NCBI GenBank assembly: GCA_964448385.1
Contig: CAYUWV010000002.1
Coordinates: forward strand, 1 to 38,600
Length of the DNA stretch: 38,600 nucleotides
Reading direction: 5' to 3'
DNA from: an uncultured Propionibacteriaceae bacterium
GTDB lineage: Bacteria > Actinomycetota > Actinomycetes > Propionibacteriales > Propionibacteriaceae
Part shown: in pieces, positions 28,139 through 37,062 of the stretch
How the letters are laid out: each line of letters starts with the position of its first letter
Position numbering within the stretch: the stretch's first letter is position 1
The notes under the pieces: generated by a model
Databases searched by the model: none
What the model saw: only the letters and a program-made list of their open reading frames with translations
Told to the model about the DNA's origin: nothing
Translations under genes and position numbers: made by a program

Positions 28139-31100
28139 CTACGCTTCGGCGAGACCCTCAACCGCGACCTGCGCCCAGCCCTTGTCGAAGCTGAAGTGGC
28201 TGGCCTGCGCGATCGGATCGTGGATTCGGATGATTCGCGCATCCGGCTCGCCCGCTCGCTCGACGATGTACAGCCAGAACTGAGTGCCGTACTTCTGGGC
28301 AGCTTCGAACTGCGTACTCGAGATCGCGGCTGGTCGCTCGTCGAAGGAGACCCGTAGGGCTTTCACCTCGACCACCCGCAGCAGGTTCCCGGCTCGGTCG
28401 CGCTCTTCAAGGTCGTATCCTGGATTCCCAGGCGGCATCCGCACGAGGTCTGGCTCCTGACTCAGTATCAGGTCAATCGCAGCGTCCTCAAGGGCCATTC
28501 GCTCTTCGTATGTGGCGGAATCAGCGTCAGCATCGACGTCGTCATGCCACACCCCAACGAAGGAGTGGAACGCCGTGCGTGTTCCGCGGGCTCGGTTGCG
28601 CTGTTCGCGCCTTCCTCCCGATCCACCGCCAACCGGGGTTGAGGAGTGCTCGTGTCCGACGGGCTCCATGGTGGCCTCGCCCTCGGTGTCCCAATGGAGC
28701 AGGTCGCGCGTGCCAAGACTGGTTGATGAGCTGGCTTCCGAGGAGTCCACGTCAGAGTCACCGTCGCTGTTGCTCTCATCCCCGTCCTGATCGCCAGCCG
28801 TCGTGGGGTCTGGCTGGATGGGCTCAACTGGCGCTGCGTCGGCCTCGGCGAGTTCCGTCTCGGGCTCGTCCGGAAGGAGCTGCCTGAGGTCGTCAAGGGT
28901 TCGGATCCCCCGGAGCTTGAGTAGGTCGAGCATCTCGGGCTCGAAGCCTGCCTGTACGGCGAGTTCGTCGATGATGGGCGGCTTGAACCGGATCTTGCTC
29001 TGCAGGAACGGGTGTTCCCGCCAGCCGGTCGCCTCGAACTCCACCGAGTCTGGAACGTGCAGTCCTCCGTCGGAGAACACCCAGAGCCTGTCAGTGAGCT
29101 GTCCGAGGAACCGCGGGGCGAAGTCTGTGGAGTAGTTGCCGTAGTAGCTCCACCTGTAGGTTGCGCTGAACACGCCTTGACTGCGGTTGTGCTCCAGGTC
29201 TCGGAGCGCCTCCCACAGCAGCGCCGAGCGTTCGCTCTGTTCCTCGACGTCCAGGGTCGGAAGAAGGTCCAGAAGGCCGTCAAGACCAGCGATGTCCCAG
29301 TCGACAACAACATCCTTCGCAGTTGACGATCTTGGCATTCCGCTGAGATCACTTAGGGCCGACATCTCGTCTCGCGAGAGCATGTTCCGCCGCTCAATGG
29401 GGCGGAGATAGTCCAGCGCTCCCGCCTCCCGGACGATTTTGCGAACCTCTTCGCCGGCGAGTGCCTCGATCGAGTCGTCGAGAACGAGGACGTTGGTGAC
29501 ACCGGCGAGCAAGGTGCGAATTCGCTGAGTCGGCAGATACACCTGACCCGGTTGGGCGAAGTAGTTCTTGTCGGTGCCGAGATCGATTGCTCTGACGAAG
29601 TACGAAGTACCCAGAGCCTCAATTAGCCTCGCGCGCCGGGACGTCGAGTCAGATGAGGCGGCGTGGCAGATCCGCCGCAGGTCCTCCTCGTAGTCAGTGG
29701 CGTCGATGGCCCTAGGTCGGTACTTGGGCAGGACGTGGCGGATCACGTCTTCGACGGGATCCGGCTCGGTGAGGCCCAGCTTCTCTTGGACGAAGCGCCG
29801 GGAAGCTTCCGTGAGCACGACTTCGCGCTTCACAAGTGGGAACCCTGTGATCGTGGAGTCATCTCCTAGTAGGTAGGCGGCCGGCTCGCCGTTGATGACC
29901 GCCGGCACCTGGCTGCCGTCGGCCAGCCGAACCAGGGGTCGCGATTCGAGGCGAGTCCGCCCGAGCGAGAGTCCGACTAGGAACTCATACAGCGCCCGCA
30001 CCCAGTCGTCGTCCTGCTCCTCGAGGAACTCACGCGTGAGGCGAGGGATGAGGAACTCCGGGGTCAGGGCGCGAACATCCGCGGCTCTGGTCAAGTAGTT
30101 GTAGAGGTCCGCCGTTCGGTCTTCCGTAATGCCTTCGCTGAGCCACGCGGACTCGCTTCCCAGCAGCTGGGAGAGCTGGTCTCGGCTGAGCAGCGCTCGG
30201 AGGTCACGCGTGCCGATGACCGCTCCTTCTGCCGCAACAAAGCCTCCGTCGTATGTGGGTAGGAGGGGCTCGGATCGGATCGCGTCGAGTACCGCCTGGT
30301 ACAACGGCGCGAAGAGCCTGCCTCCCTCGCCCTCGTAGGCATCCGAGCGGATGGGCAAGCACTGAAGCACGGCAGGCGTCAGTCTTCCTGCGTCTCGGAG
30401 CCAACGCAGGGCATCGACGATGACGGTGGCCGTTTGGGCGACGAGTGCGTGGTTCCACGGGTCGGCGCGCTTCACGTTGTCCCGGCTCGGGGTGGTCTCG
30501 TAGGGACCCTGAATCGCCACACCGCAGTGCGTGTCGACGGCCGTGGGGAAGAAGACGGACAGCCTGGACTGCGACCGCTGGCGGATCTGCCAATCGGCTG
30601 CGCGATCTGACCTGTCGACAGCGAACGCGACCTCGACAAAGAGCTCCTTCTCGGATCCTCCAGCACGCCGGCGGAATAGCAGCCATTCCTCGTCGGTGTC
30701 ACCGGGCCGTTCGGAGTCCTGCCCGATGATGGTGACGATTGACGCGAAGTCGTCGAGATGGTCCTCGTCTCGAAGGAAGTCGCCAGAGTGTGTGCCGCCG
30801 GCATCCCAGCTGATCTCTTTGATTCGGCGGAGGAACAGCAACGCGGACGATCCCAAGTCCTTGAGTGCCGCAAGGATCTCGTCGCCTGCCCCCGGAACGT
30901 CGGATCGGAAGGGCAGGCAAATCGAGGTCTCGCGGGGCGCGAGCGCTGCCGGCTCGCATGCGTGGGGGAGTACGTAATCCTCGATGGCAAAGGCCTCGTC
31001 GCCCGAACGGATCTCCGGTCTCTCCGTGTAGGCGTACACGGACTTGAACCCAATCCCAAACTTGCCGATCTCCTGGGAGTCCTTAGTCGACTGGCCGATG

Positions 31101-31369
31101 CCGCAGACACCGCGGACGTCAAGCTCCGTGAACTCAACGCCGAAATGCCGGACATCGAGGCTCGTAGGCTCCAAGTTGAACCGAACACTGGCCTGAGGGG
31201 GGTTGTCCTCGCGGCGCGTATAGGCATCCTCCGCGTTCTGAAGGAGTTCGAACAGGAAATGCGTGCGGTCGTCGTACCGGTCGCGGAGGAGCATGTCGCC
31301 ATACACCCCGACATCCGTGCCGTATCGGCGAAGGTTGTCGACGCGTATCGCCTCGTAGTCCGACGTCAT
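28139..31369 (-). CDS. GHKL/sacsin-like ATPase with C-terminal DUF3883 (NOV-type) nuclease domain
   Basis: GGAGG RBS. ELLQNAEDA, IGQSTK and IGKFGIGFKSVY (GHKL). C-terminal GYDLE...VEVKA...ISSTQFEAA...FWLYIVE. Acidic linker before the last domain. Confidence 0.85.
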   Translation of the reverse strand: MTSDYEAIRVDNLRRYGTDVGVYGDMLLRDRYDDRTHFLFELLQNAEDAYTRREDNPPQASVRFNLEPTSLDVRHFGVEFTELDVRGVCGIGQSTKDSQEIGKFGIGFKSVYAYTERPEIRSGDEAFAIEDYVLPHACEPAALAPRETSICLPFRSDVPGAGDEILAALKDLGSSALLFLRRIKEISWDAGGTHSGDFLRDEDHLDDFASIVTIIGQDSERPGDTDEEWLLFRRRAGGSEKELFVEVAFAVDRSDRAADWQIRQRSQSRLSVFFPTAVDTHCGVAIQGPYETTPSRDNVKRADPWNHALVAQTATVIVDALRWLRDAGRLTPAVLQCLPIRSDAYEGEGGRLFAPLYQAVLDAIRSEPLLPTYDGGFVAAEGAVIGTRDLRALLSRDQLSQLLGSESAWLSEGITEDRTADLYNYLTRAADVRALTPEFLIPRLTREFLEEQDDDWVRALYEFLVGLSLGRTRLESRPLVRLADGSQVPAVINGEPAAYLLGDDSTITGFPLVKREVVLTEASRRFVQEKLGLTEPDPVEDVIRHVLPKYRPRAIDATDYEEDLRRICHAASSDSTSRRARLIEALGTSYFVRAIDLGTDKNYFAQPGQVYLPTQRIRTLLAGVTNVLVLDDSIEALAGEEVRKIVREAGALDYLRPIERRNMLSRDEMSALSDLSGMPRSSTAKDVVVDWDIAGLDGLLDLLPTLDVEEQSERSALLWEALRDLEHNRSQGVFSATYRWSYYGNYSTDFAPRFLGQLTDRLWVFSDGGLHVPDSVEFEATGWREHPFLQSKIRFKPPIIDELAVQAGFEPEMLDLLKLRGIRTLDDLRQLLPDEPETELAEADAAPVEPIQPDPTTAGDQDGDESNSDGDSDVDSSEASSSTSLGTRDLLHWDTEGEATMEPVGHEHSSTPVGGGSGGRREQRNRARGTRTAFHSFVGVWHDDVDADADSATYEERMALEDAAIDLILSQEPDLVRMPPGNPGYDLEERDRAGNLLRVVEVKALRVSFDERPAAISSTQFEAAQKYGTQFWLYIVERAGEPDARIIRIHDPIAQASHFSFDKGWAQVAVEGLAEA

Positions 31370-31410
31370 GGCTGCTCCTCCGTTGAGCACCTTCTGCTGT
31401 GGATGTGACG

Positions 31411-32550
31411 CTAGTCCGACACCGCGTCCGGGGGTGTGGGTTGGGTCTGGATGACCCTGCCAACTCCCTCGCAGTCAGACTCGGCAAGGGTCGTGAGGAT
31501 CAGCTCCGTTACTTGGCGGCGCTTCTTCTGGGATGAGGCCGAGTGCTGGAGGCCGACTCGACGCCGAATGATGTCACGTGCCGGCCCACCCTGGGCCATG
31601 CTGCTCGCAGTCGGCTTGTTGGCCATCTCGGCGTAGAGGGTCTCGCTGCTCAGGAGAGCGGGGTGATCGTCGTAGGAGAGGATCCACCGGAGTGACGTTC
31701 CCGTGGCAAGGTAGGCCGCGAGTTCCTCGTGCTCGGTAAGGCCCTCCCACCGGTCGGGGTTGTCAAAGCGTTTCGAGAACCCCGTCTTGTACAGGCGAGC
31801 TGACTTCTCGACGTACGGCGGATCCAGGTACACGATCGCTTGATCCATTTCGAGCTGGCCGGAGGTCGCTCGAAACGAATCCTGCCACCGTGCATGGCGA
31901 GGGGTTGCGAGCTTGCCTGTGCTGTGGAGGTGAGCGACCCACAGAATCCGGTGGGCAAGGGAATCCGGGTTGAACCGGCAGCCGATCTTGTACTCAGACG
32001 TCTGTGCGCGTCCTCCGATCGGGCCGGCGTTGCCATGAAGGATCCCGGAGAAAGTCGTGCGATTGAGGAAGAGGCACTTCATCGCCCGCTGGCGCTGAAC
32101 AGTGGCGACGTCGTCGCCGGGTGACGGTTCCCAGGCGTGCCAATAGTCCCATCGGTCGACGGCAGTCTGCCCACCACCCGCCACATACGTGCCGACCTCG
32201 TCGTTCATCGCCTCGATGAGTCCGGCGGGGTTCGTAGCAGCCTCTATCCAGAACGACGCAACCAGGGGGTCGCCGTCGGCAATCATCGCGTGGTCGACCA
32301 CTCCGTCAGTCAGAAGCCGGAGTGTGGTCGCAGCGCCGCCGGCGAACGGCTCGACGAGGGTGAGCGGTCGTTTCAGGCGTCCGCCATCAATGGCGCTCGC
32401 GATCATGCGGGCGATCATCGGCGTGAGCTTGGCCTTGGCCCCCGGGTACCGAAGTGGCGACAGATACCGCACGGGTGCCGTCGGATCCAGGGTGACCAGC
32501 GACAGCTGCGGAACGGACTCACGAGTGACCTCGTGCGCTGTGTTCAGCAC
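31411..32550 (-). CDS. Dam-family (D12/alpha class) DNA adenine methyltransferase
   Basis: SPLRYPGAK, LVEPFAGGAA, FLNRTTFSG, GPIGG...YKIGCRFN, YLDPPY, WILSYDD. Confidence 0.9.
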   Translation of the reverse strand: MLNTAHEVTRESVPQLSLVTLDPTAPVRYLSPLRYPGAKAKLTPMIARMIASAIDGGRLKRPLTLVEPFAGGAATTLRLLTDGVVDHAMIADGDPLVASFWIEAATNPAGLIEAMNDEVGTYVAGGGQTAVDRWDYWHAWEPSPGDDVATVQRQRAMKCLFLNRTTFSGILHGNAGPIGGRAQTSEYKIGCRFNPDSLAHRILWVAHLHSTGKLATPRHARWQDSFRATSGQLEMDQAIVYLDPPYVEKSARLYKTGFSKRFDNPDRWEGLTEHEELAAYLATGTSLRWILSYDDHPALLSSETLYAEMANKPTASSMAQGGPARDIIRRRVGLQHSASSQKKRRQVTELILTTLAESDCEGVGRVIQTQPTPPDAVSD

Positions 32551-32556
32551 GCTGGC

Positions 32557-33936
32557 TTACCTCTCTCTGTGCTCCTGGGAAAGCCCTAGCCTTTCGCGCG
32601 CCACCAAGCGCAGGACATCGGTGCCAACACCAATGGGGAAGGCTGCGCGACCGTGCGCGGCCGCCACCGGAATGATCCCATCCAGATACATGGAGGAGCC
32701 AGTCCGGTCGATCACATCGAGGATCGCAGGAAGCGTCGGATATCCCTCAGGCCCCGGCTGGCCCCCATTGGAGTCGTATGCGGTCCCTGTGACTGGAGGC
32801 ACGGTGATCACGACTACGCGACCATCCTTGCTGCGGTACATGAACTTTCGTCCCCAGTAGGTCTCCTTGCCGAAGTTCGTAGGGTCCTGGGTGCCCACAA
32901 GGCGCTTGAGGACCTCCTCACCGCAGACAACAAGTTCGCCGGGTTGAACGAGGTCGTGCTTGGCGAGCTGGCGCGCGTAGTCGACAAACGTGCCTGACTT
33001 CTCGACCCCACAGATGTACGGCCCGGTGCCGGGCGTCTGGGTGGTCATCGAGCGGAAGAAGAACTCGGCTCGGGCGCGGAGCTTGGCGGGCTCGCCGTAC
33101 ATCGCGAGAGGGCCATCCTGGATGAACAGGACGCGCGGCAGCAGCGCGGTGCGCGACTGCTCCCACAGGAGCGTGGTCAGACCGACGAGAACCAGTAGCT
33201 CGATCACGGACCGGAGGCGGCCCAGCGAGGTCTCGTTGGTTCCGTCCTCCTGGACTCCTTCGTGGATGCGCAGGGTGTCGGTGGGGAATAGGTCAGTGCC
33301 GCAGAGCGGGCAGGCGGTCCCGTCGAACTCAACCTCGACGCCTTCCACGCGGCACCCGGGGCAGTTGACAGGGACGGACCTCGCAGGGGACGTTGGCGCG
33401 CCATGGAGCCGGAAGAGCAGGCTCATCAGGGTCTGCTCGAAGCCGTTCACAGCGACCTTCTTCTTGCGGAAGATCTGATCCATCAGAACGCGCCAGGACA
33501 TCTTGATGTCGATGCCATCACTCGCGTATGCGCCGGCGACAGGCATGTCGATCGTGACAAGTTCGGCGTTGACGGCCTGTTCGATGGCAATTGGGTCAAC
33601 GAACCGCTCTGCGCGCTGGGTGGACATGACTGCCAAGTCGACGTAGGCAGCCGCAGCCTGGGCGAAGCCGTACAGCACGGTGGGCATCCCGTCGCGCACC
33701 TGCTGGGTGACGTGCGAACCGTCCACCGCGATCGCCGCGTCGAGAACGGCCGCTGCGTTCGCACCAGGGAGTGACGACCTGGAAACGACCACATCGCGCA
33801 CCCAGTCCGCGTCGCTCAGCGCATCCGCCGGGACGAAGAACTCCGCGCGGTCCGCCATGGCCTGGATGGCGGCCGCGCTGTGGCCGAGCCTCGAGGCCCG
33901 TTCGAAGCTCTGGCCGTTGAACGATTGGTACGGCAT
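32557..33936 (-). CDS. nurA: NurA-family nuclease with CxxC...CxxC insertion
   Basis: AIAVDGS, FIQDGPL, GVEKSG and C-terminal PVAAAH match the NurA/RNase H-fold pattern. TGATG coupling to the upstream HerA. Confidence 0.8.
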   Translation of the reverse strand: MPYQSFNGQSFERASRLGHSAAAIQAMADRAEFFVPADALSDADWVRDVVVSRSSLPGANAAAVLDAAIAVDGSHVTQQVRDGMPTVLYGFAQAAAAYVDLAVMSTQRAERFVDPIAIEQAVNAELVTIDMPVAGAYASDGIDIKMSWRVLMDQIFRKKKVAVNGFEQTLMSLLFRLHGAPTSPARSVPVNCPGCRVEGVEVEFDGTACPLCGTDLFPTDTLRIHEGVQEDGTNETSLGRLRSVIELLVLVGLTTLLWEQSRTALLPRVLFIQDGPLAMYGEPAKLRARAEFFFRSMTTQTPGTGPYICGVEKSGTFVDYARQLAKHDLVQPGELVVCGEEVLKRLVGTQDPTNFGKETYWGRKFMYRSKDGRVVVITVPPVTGTAYDSNGGQPGPEGYPTLPAILDVIDRTGSSMYLDGIIPVAAAHGRAAFPIGVGTDVLRLVARERLGLSQEHRER

Positions 33937-35978
33937 CAGCCGACCCCACGGTCTCCGGCAGCCAAGCGGGCCTCGTCGATGAGCGATGGGCCGTACTTCT
34001 CGATCTGAACCGGCACGATGAACGGCGACGACAACGTCTTGAGGCGGACGAAGCCGCGATCCTCGGAGGTCAGAATCGCGTCCGCGAATGAGCCGAAGTC
34101 GTAGAACTTGCCGAGCTCGTTCAGTTCCTGACGGTTGTTGAGGTGCGAAACGACCCAGTTGGCCGTGTTCGCCTTCACCTGATGGGCGACGCCGGTGACC
34201 TCCTGAGTGGCGTAGATCATGCCGATCTTGAGCTTCGCGGCCTCCTTGGCAAGTCGGACCCACACATCTGCATCGTCGTTGTACCGCTTGGTCGTGAACA
34301 GATTGTGGGCCTCCTCCAGCATCACCTGGATCGCTGGCGGCTCCTCTCCGGAAGTGAACACATCCGTCTGACGCTTCAGGAGGTGCACGGTGATCGTCTC
34401 GGAGAGAGTCTGGACCACCTTCTCGTTGCCGATGTGCAGGTCGACGATCACGACGCGACCAGCAACGAGTTCGTTGTAGATGTCCTGAGCAACATCGCTT
34501 CCGACGTCTGGGTCGTGGAACGCACGGAGTGGGATCAAGTTGCGGAAGCCCCGCACGCGGCCGCCTGCCGTCGATTGACCCGTTGCCATCGGGGCGGCGG
34601 ACTGCCACCGGATGTCCTCTCCGAAGTGCTTGGCATCCGGGTCGTCCTTGCTTCGCATGGCCTCTATGGCATCCACAACCGCGGTGATGCGGCTCGCCGG
34701 AATGGACACATACCCTGGCCCGGCGGCAGCCAATGGATCCGACTTGAGGTGCTCGGCCACCTTCACTGCGAAGGCTTCCTTCATGCTGACCCGTGCGGCA
34801 AAGTTCGCCGGAGCCCGGAAGCCGGCCTTCAGCAGCGCTGCGTACAGAGCCAGGCGTCCGCGTGTGGCGTGGTTGGATCCGCTGTACTCGCCGCGGTGGT
34901 CCGAGAAGTCGGTCGAAGCGAAGTCGGACACATATCCGGATGCGCCCTCCGCGCCGAGGTGATCTGCAATGAGTCCTTGAACGGTGCCGATCTGGTCGAT
35001 ATCAAAGAAGTTCACGGCGAGCGGGCGGACGTGGGACATGGAACCGTCCGCACCGAACTTGAAGATCCGTACGTGTTCCTCGCCGAGTGCGGCGATCGCG
35101 CTCTTGTCCTGGACGTTGTCGTTGGCATACTCGCCCTGGGGGTCAAAGATCAGCTGGCCGATGGGCCCCTTTTCGGCCTTCAGCCGGCGCTGCGACGCGA
35201 TGAAGGTCCGGGCGATGATGATCTTCGCCGTGTTCGACTTGCCCGTACGGGTCATGCCCAGCAACGCAGTCTTGTGGCCGATGAAGTCCTGAATGCGCAC
35301 CGTGACGTTCGAGTTGCTCTGATTCGCCGCTTCTGCGCGGCGTCGCGTGGCGGAGTACCGGACTGCCCCGATCGTGACCAGATCACTCACTTCCCCATCG
35401 GGTCGCAGGTAGCTCGCGATCTCAGAGAGCCCTTCGCCGATCGGCTTGAGTACTCGGTAGGTGCTCGTCGCGTAGAAGTTGTCGACGTCGGGCTCGAAGA
35501 TGAGCTGCCGGGTTCCGTCGACAGCCGACTCGTAGAAGGTGCCAAGGACCTTGCAGCGCAAACCCGTGAACGATGCCCTGTTCTTGGTGAAGGGATCCAT
35601 CTCGTAGTCGAGTACCACTGACGGCGAGGCGTTCTCCGTGCGGCTAAGCGCGGTTCGCAAGGCTTCTTCTCGCACAGCGTGCAGGTCGCTCTCGAGCGCG
35701 AGCGGCGCAGTTCCCTCGACCCGCAGCAGGAGCACCTCGTCGTCGTCACCAGGGTTGTTCGCGTCATGTGCCGTTGCGATGAGGAACGAGTACTGCGGGA
35801 TCCCGCCGGCGTCGAACTTCCACTTGTCGTGCGTCAGCACGATGGCCTCGTGGTAGTCGATTCTCTGGACTGCTCCGACACGGATCGCTCGACCGTCCGC
35901 GAGCAGCATCGTCTGCAGCAGCGCGCCCACACCCACACCTGGCAGGAAGTTCACTGTTTCCCCTTGAGTTGTCGACAC
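33936..35978 (-). CDS. herA: HerA-family ATPase (DUF87), partner of NurA (start may be GTG at 35954)
   Basis: Walker A GMTRTGKS, FDPQGEY, Walker B MLEEAH, YATQE. HAS-barrel-like N-terminus. Confidence 0.85.
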   Translation of the reverse strand: MSTTQGETVNFLPGVGVGALLQTMLLADGRAIRVGAVQRIDYHEAIVLTHDKWKFDAGGIPQYSFLIATAHDANNPGDDDEVLLLRVEGTAPLALESDLHAVREEALRTALSRTENASPSVVLDYEMDPFTKNRASFTGLRCKVLGTFYESAVDGTRQLIFEPDVDNFYATSTYRVLKPIGEGLSEIASYLRPDGEVSDLVTIGAVRYSATRRRAEAANQSNSNVTVRIQDFIGHKTALLGMTRTGKSNTAKIIIARTFIASQRRLKAEKGPIGQLIFDPQGEYANDNVQDKSAIAALGEEHVRIFKFGADGSMSHVRPLAVNFFDIDQIGTVQGLIADHLGAEGASGYVSDFASTDFSDHRGEYSGSNHATRGRLALYAALLKAGFRAPANFAARVSMKEAFAVKVAEHLKSDPLAAAGPGYVSIPASRITAVVDAIEAMRSKDDPDAKHFGEDIRWQSAAPMATGQSTAGGRVRGFRNLIPLRAFHDPDVGSDVAQDIYNELVAGRVVIVDLHIGNEKVVQTLSETITVHLLKRQTDVFTSGEEPPAIQVMLEEAHNLFTTKRYNDDADVWVRLAKEAAKLKIGMIYATQEVTGVAHQVKANTANWVVSHLNNRQELNELGKFYDFGSFADAILTSEDRGFVRLKTLSSPFIVPVQIEKYGPSLIDEARLAAGDRGVG

Positions 35979-36010
35979 ATCAGGACCCCGTCGATCCTGG
36001 GACAGTCTTG

Positions 36011-36032
36011 AACCTATCGACGCCTACTGACA
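36011..36032 (-). promoter_or_regulatory. PafBC/RecA-NDp-type DNA-damage promoter motif for the herA-nurA operon
   Basis: The minus strand reads TGTCAG-TAGGCGTCGA-TAGGTT, matching TGTCRG-N10-TAnnnT, 32 nt upstream of 35978. Confidence 0.62.
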
Positions 36033-36170
36033 CCTCCGCGCAGCGCGCCGGTCCGCGAGCCAGATCGATTGTCCCTGGATCGCGTCGCACTGCCCTCGCG
36101 ACTCGACAGGCGCCCCGCCGGCGACCGGCCGATCACGCCGTGGTGTTGCCCCGGCGAACGACCCAAGAGG

Positions 36171-36293
36171 CTAGCTGGAGGCCATCTCAGACAACCTGCG
36201 CGCGATCTCCGCGTCCCGCCCGGCGGCGGCGTGTTGATAGATCAGGGCGGCCTTGACGTCGGAGTGGCCGAGCCGGTTCATCAGTTCGGCCAC
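36171..36293 (-). pseudogene. C-terminal remnant of a phage-type tyrosine integrase
   Basis: Manual translation gives VAELMNRLGHSDVKAALIYQHAAAGRDAEIARRLSEMASS*, the LGH...Y(QH) end of integrase box II. Not in the ORF track. Confidence 0.8.
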
Positions 36294-37062
36294 AACCTGT
36301 CCTGAGGCCGGCCAGCCATGCGTCAAGAAGCTCGTCGTGGCCGCCTCGCCAAGCTAGCCGCACGGTGGGCTGGATCCTCGTCGCGACGTCGAGGACCCGC
36401 CCTGCGCGGTCACTCGTGAAGCAAGCCATGCCTCGACGGCCGAGTCGATTGGAGCCGGCCAGCTCGTGGTCGTAGCCGGTGGTCGCCATGGCGAGCTCGT
36501 CGTCCCAGGTCTCGTCGCCGTAGATGCCCTCCGAGGCAGCGCGCAGCACCGTGAGGAGATCGTCGGCGTCCTTCGTTTCGGCGGGCTGACGTCCCGCGAA
36601 GGCGATGAGCTTCAGCACGGCGATGAGTTCGAGGGGAGCGACGGGCAGCAGTCTTCCGGACGGCAGCGTGGCGAAATCCGCGTTGGCGGCTGCTTCAGCG
36701 CAGCCAAGGACGCTGAGGCTGGACTCATGGATAACGACTTCGCCTTCGTGCTCGAGGTCGCCGAAGGGCACCACGTCGACCTGCTGCCCGAGCAGCCTCC
36801 TGCGCTGCCAGGCTCGAGTCGGTTCGCCAATGGTCGCCAGCAGCGCGTCGAAGTCGCCAGCGTCGTGGGCGGCCACTGCGATGTCGACGTCGTTGGTTGC
36901 TCGTCGGGGGAGCGTGACTCCTCCGAGGATGAGTGCAAGGTCGCGGGCGGTGGCGCCGATGAGTACCCACGGCCCGGGAGGCCCGAGAGTGTCGACGAGG
37001 GCATCCAGCAGCTCGCCGGGAACGGGCAGGTCGCGCTCAGCCAAGGGTGCGAAGGTGCGCAT
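36187..37062 (-). CDS. AbiEii-like nucleotidyltransferase toxin (type IV TA); C-terminus reads through into the integrase relic
   Basis: GGAGG RBS. VLIGATARD, RRATNDVDIAV, VDVVPFG, LKLIAF...KDADDL. Confidence 0.82.
   Translation of the reverse strand: MRTFAPLAERDLPVPGELLDALVDTLGPPGPWVLIGATARDLALILGGVTLPRRATNDVDIAVAAHDAGDFDALLATIGEPTRAWQRRRLLGQQVDVVPFGDLEHEGEVVIHESSLSVLGCAEAAANADFATLPSGRLLPVAPLELIAVLKLIAFAGRQPAETKDADDLLTVLRAASEGIYGDETWDDELAMATTGYDHELAGSNRLGRRGMACFTSDRAGRVLDVATRIQPTVRLAWRGGHDELLDAWLAGLRTGCGRTDEPARPLRRQGRPDLSTRRRRAGRGDRAQVV

Noticed and set aside
33937-34608. N-terminal extension of the 683 aa NurA ORF
   Set aside because: It overlaps herA in another frame and has Arg/Pro-rich shadow composition. 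The ATG at 33936 is translationally coupled.
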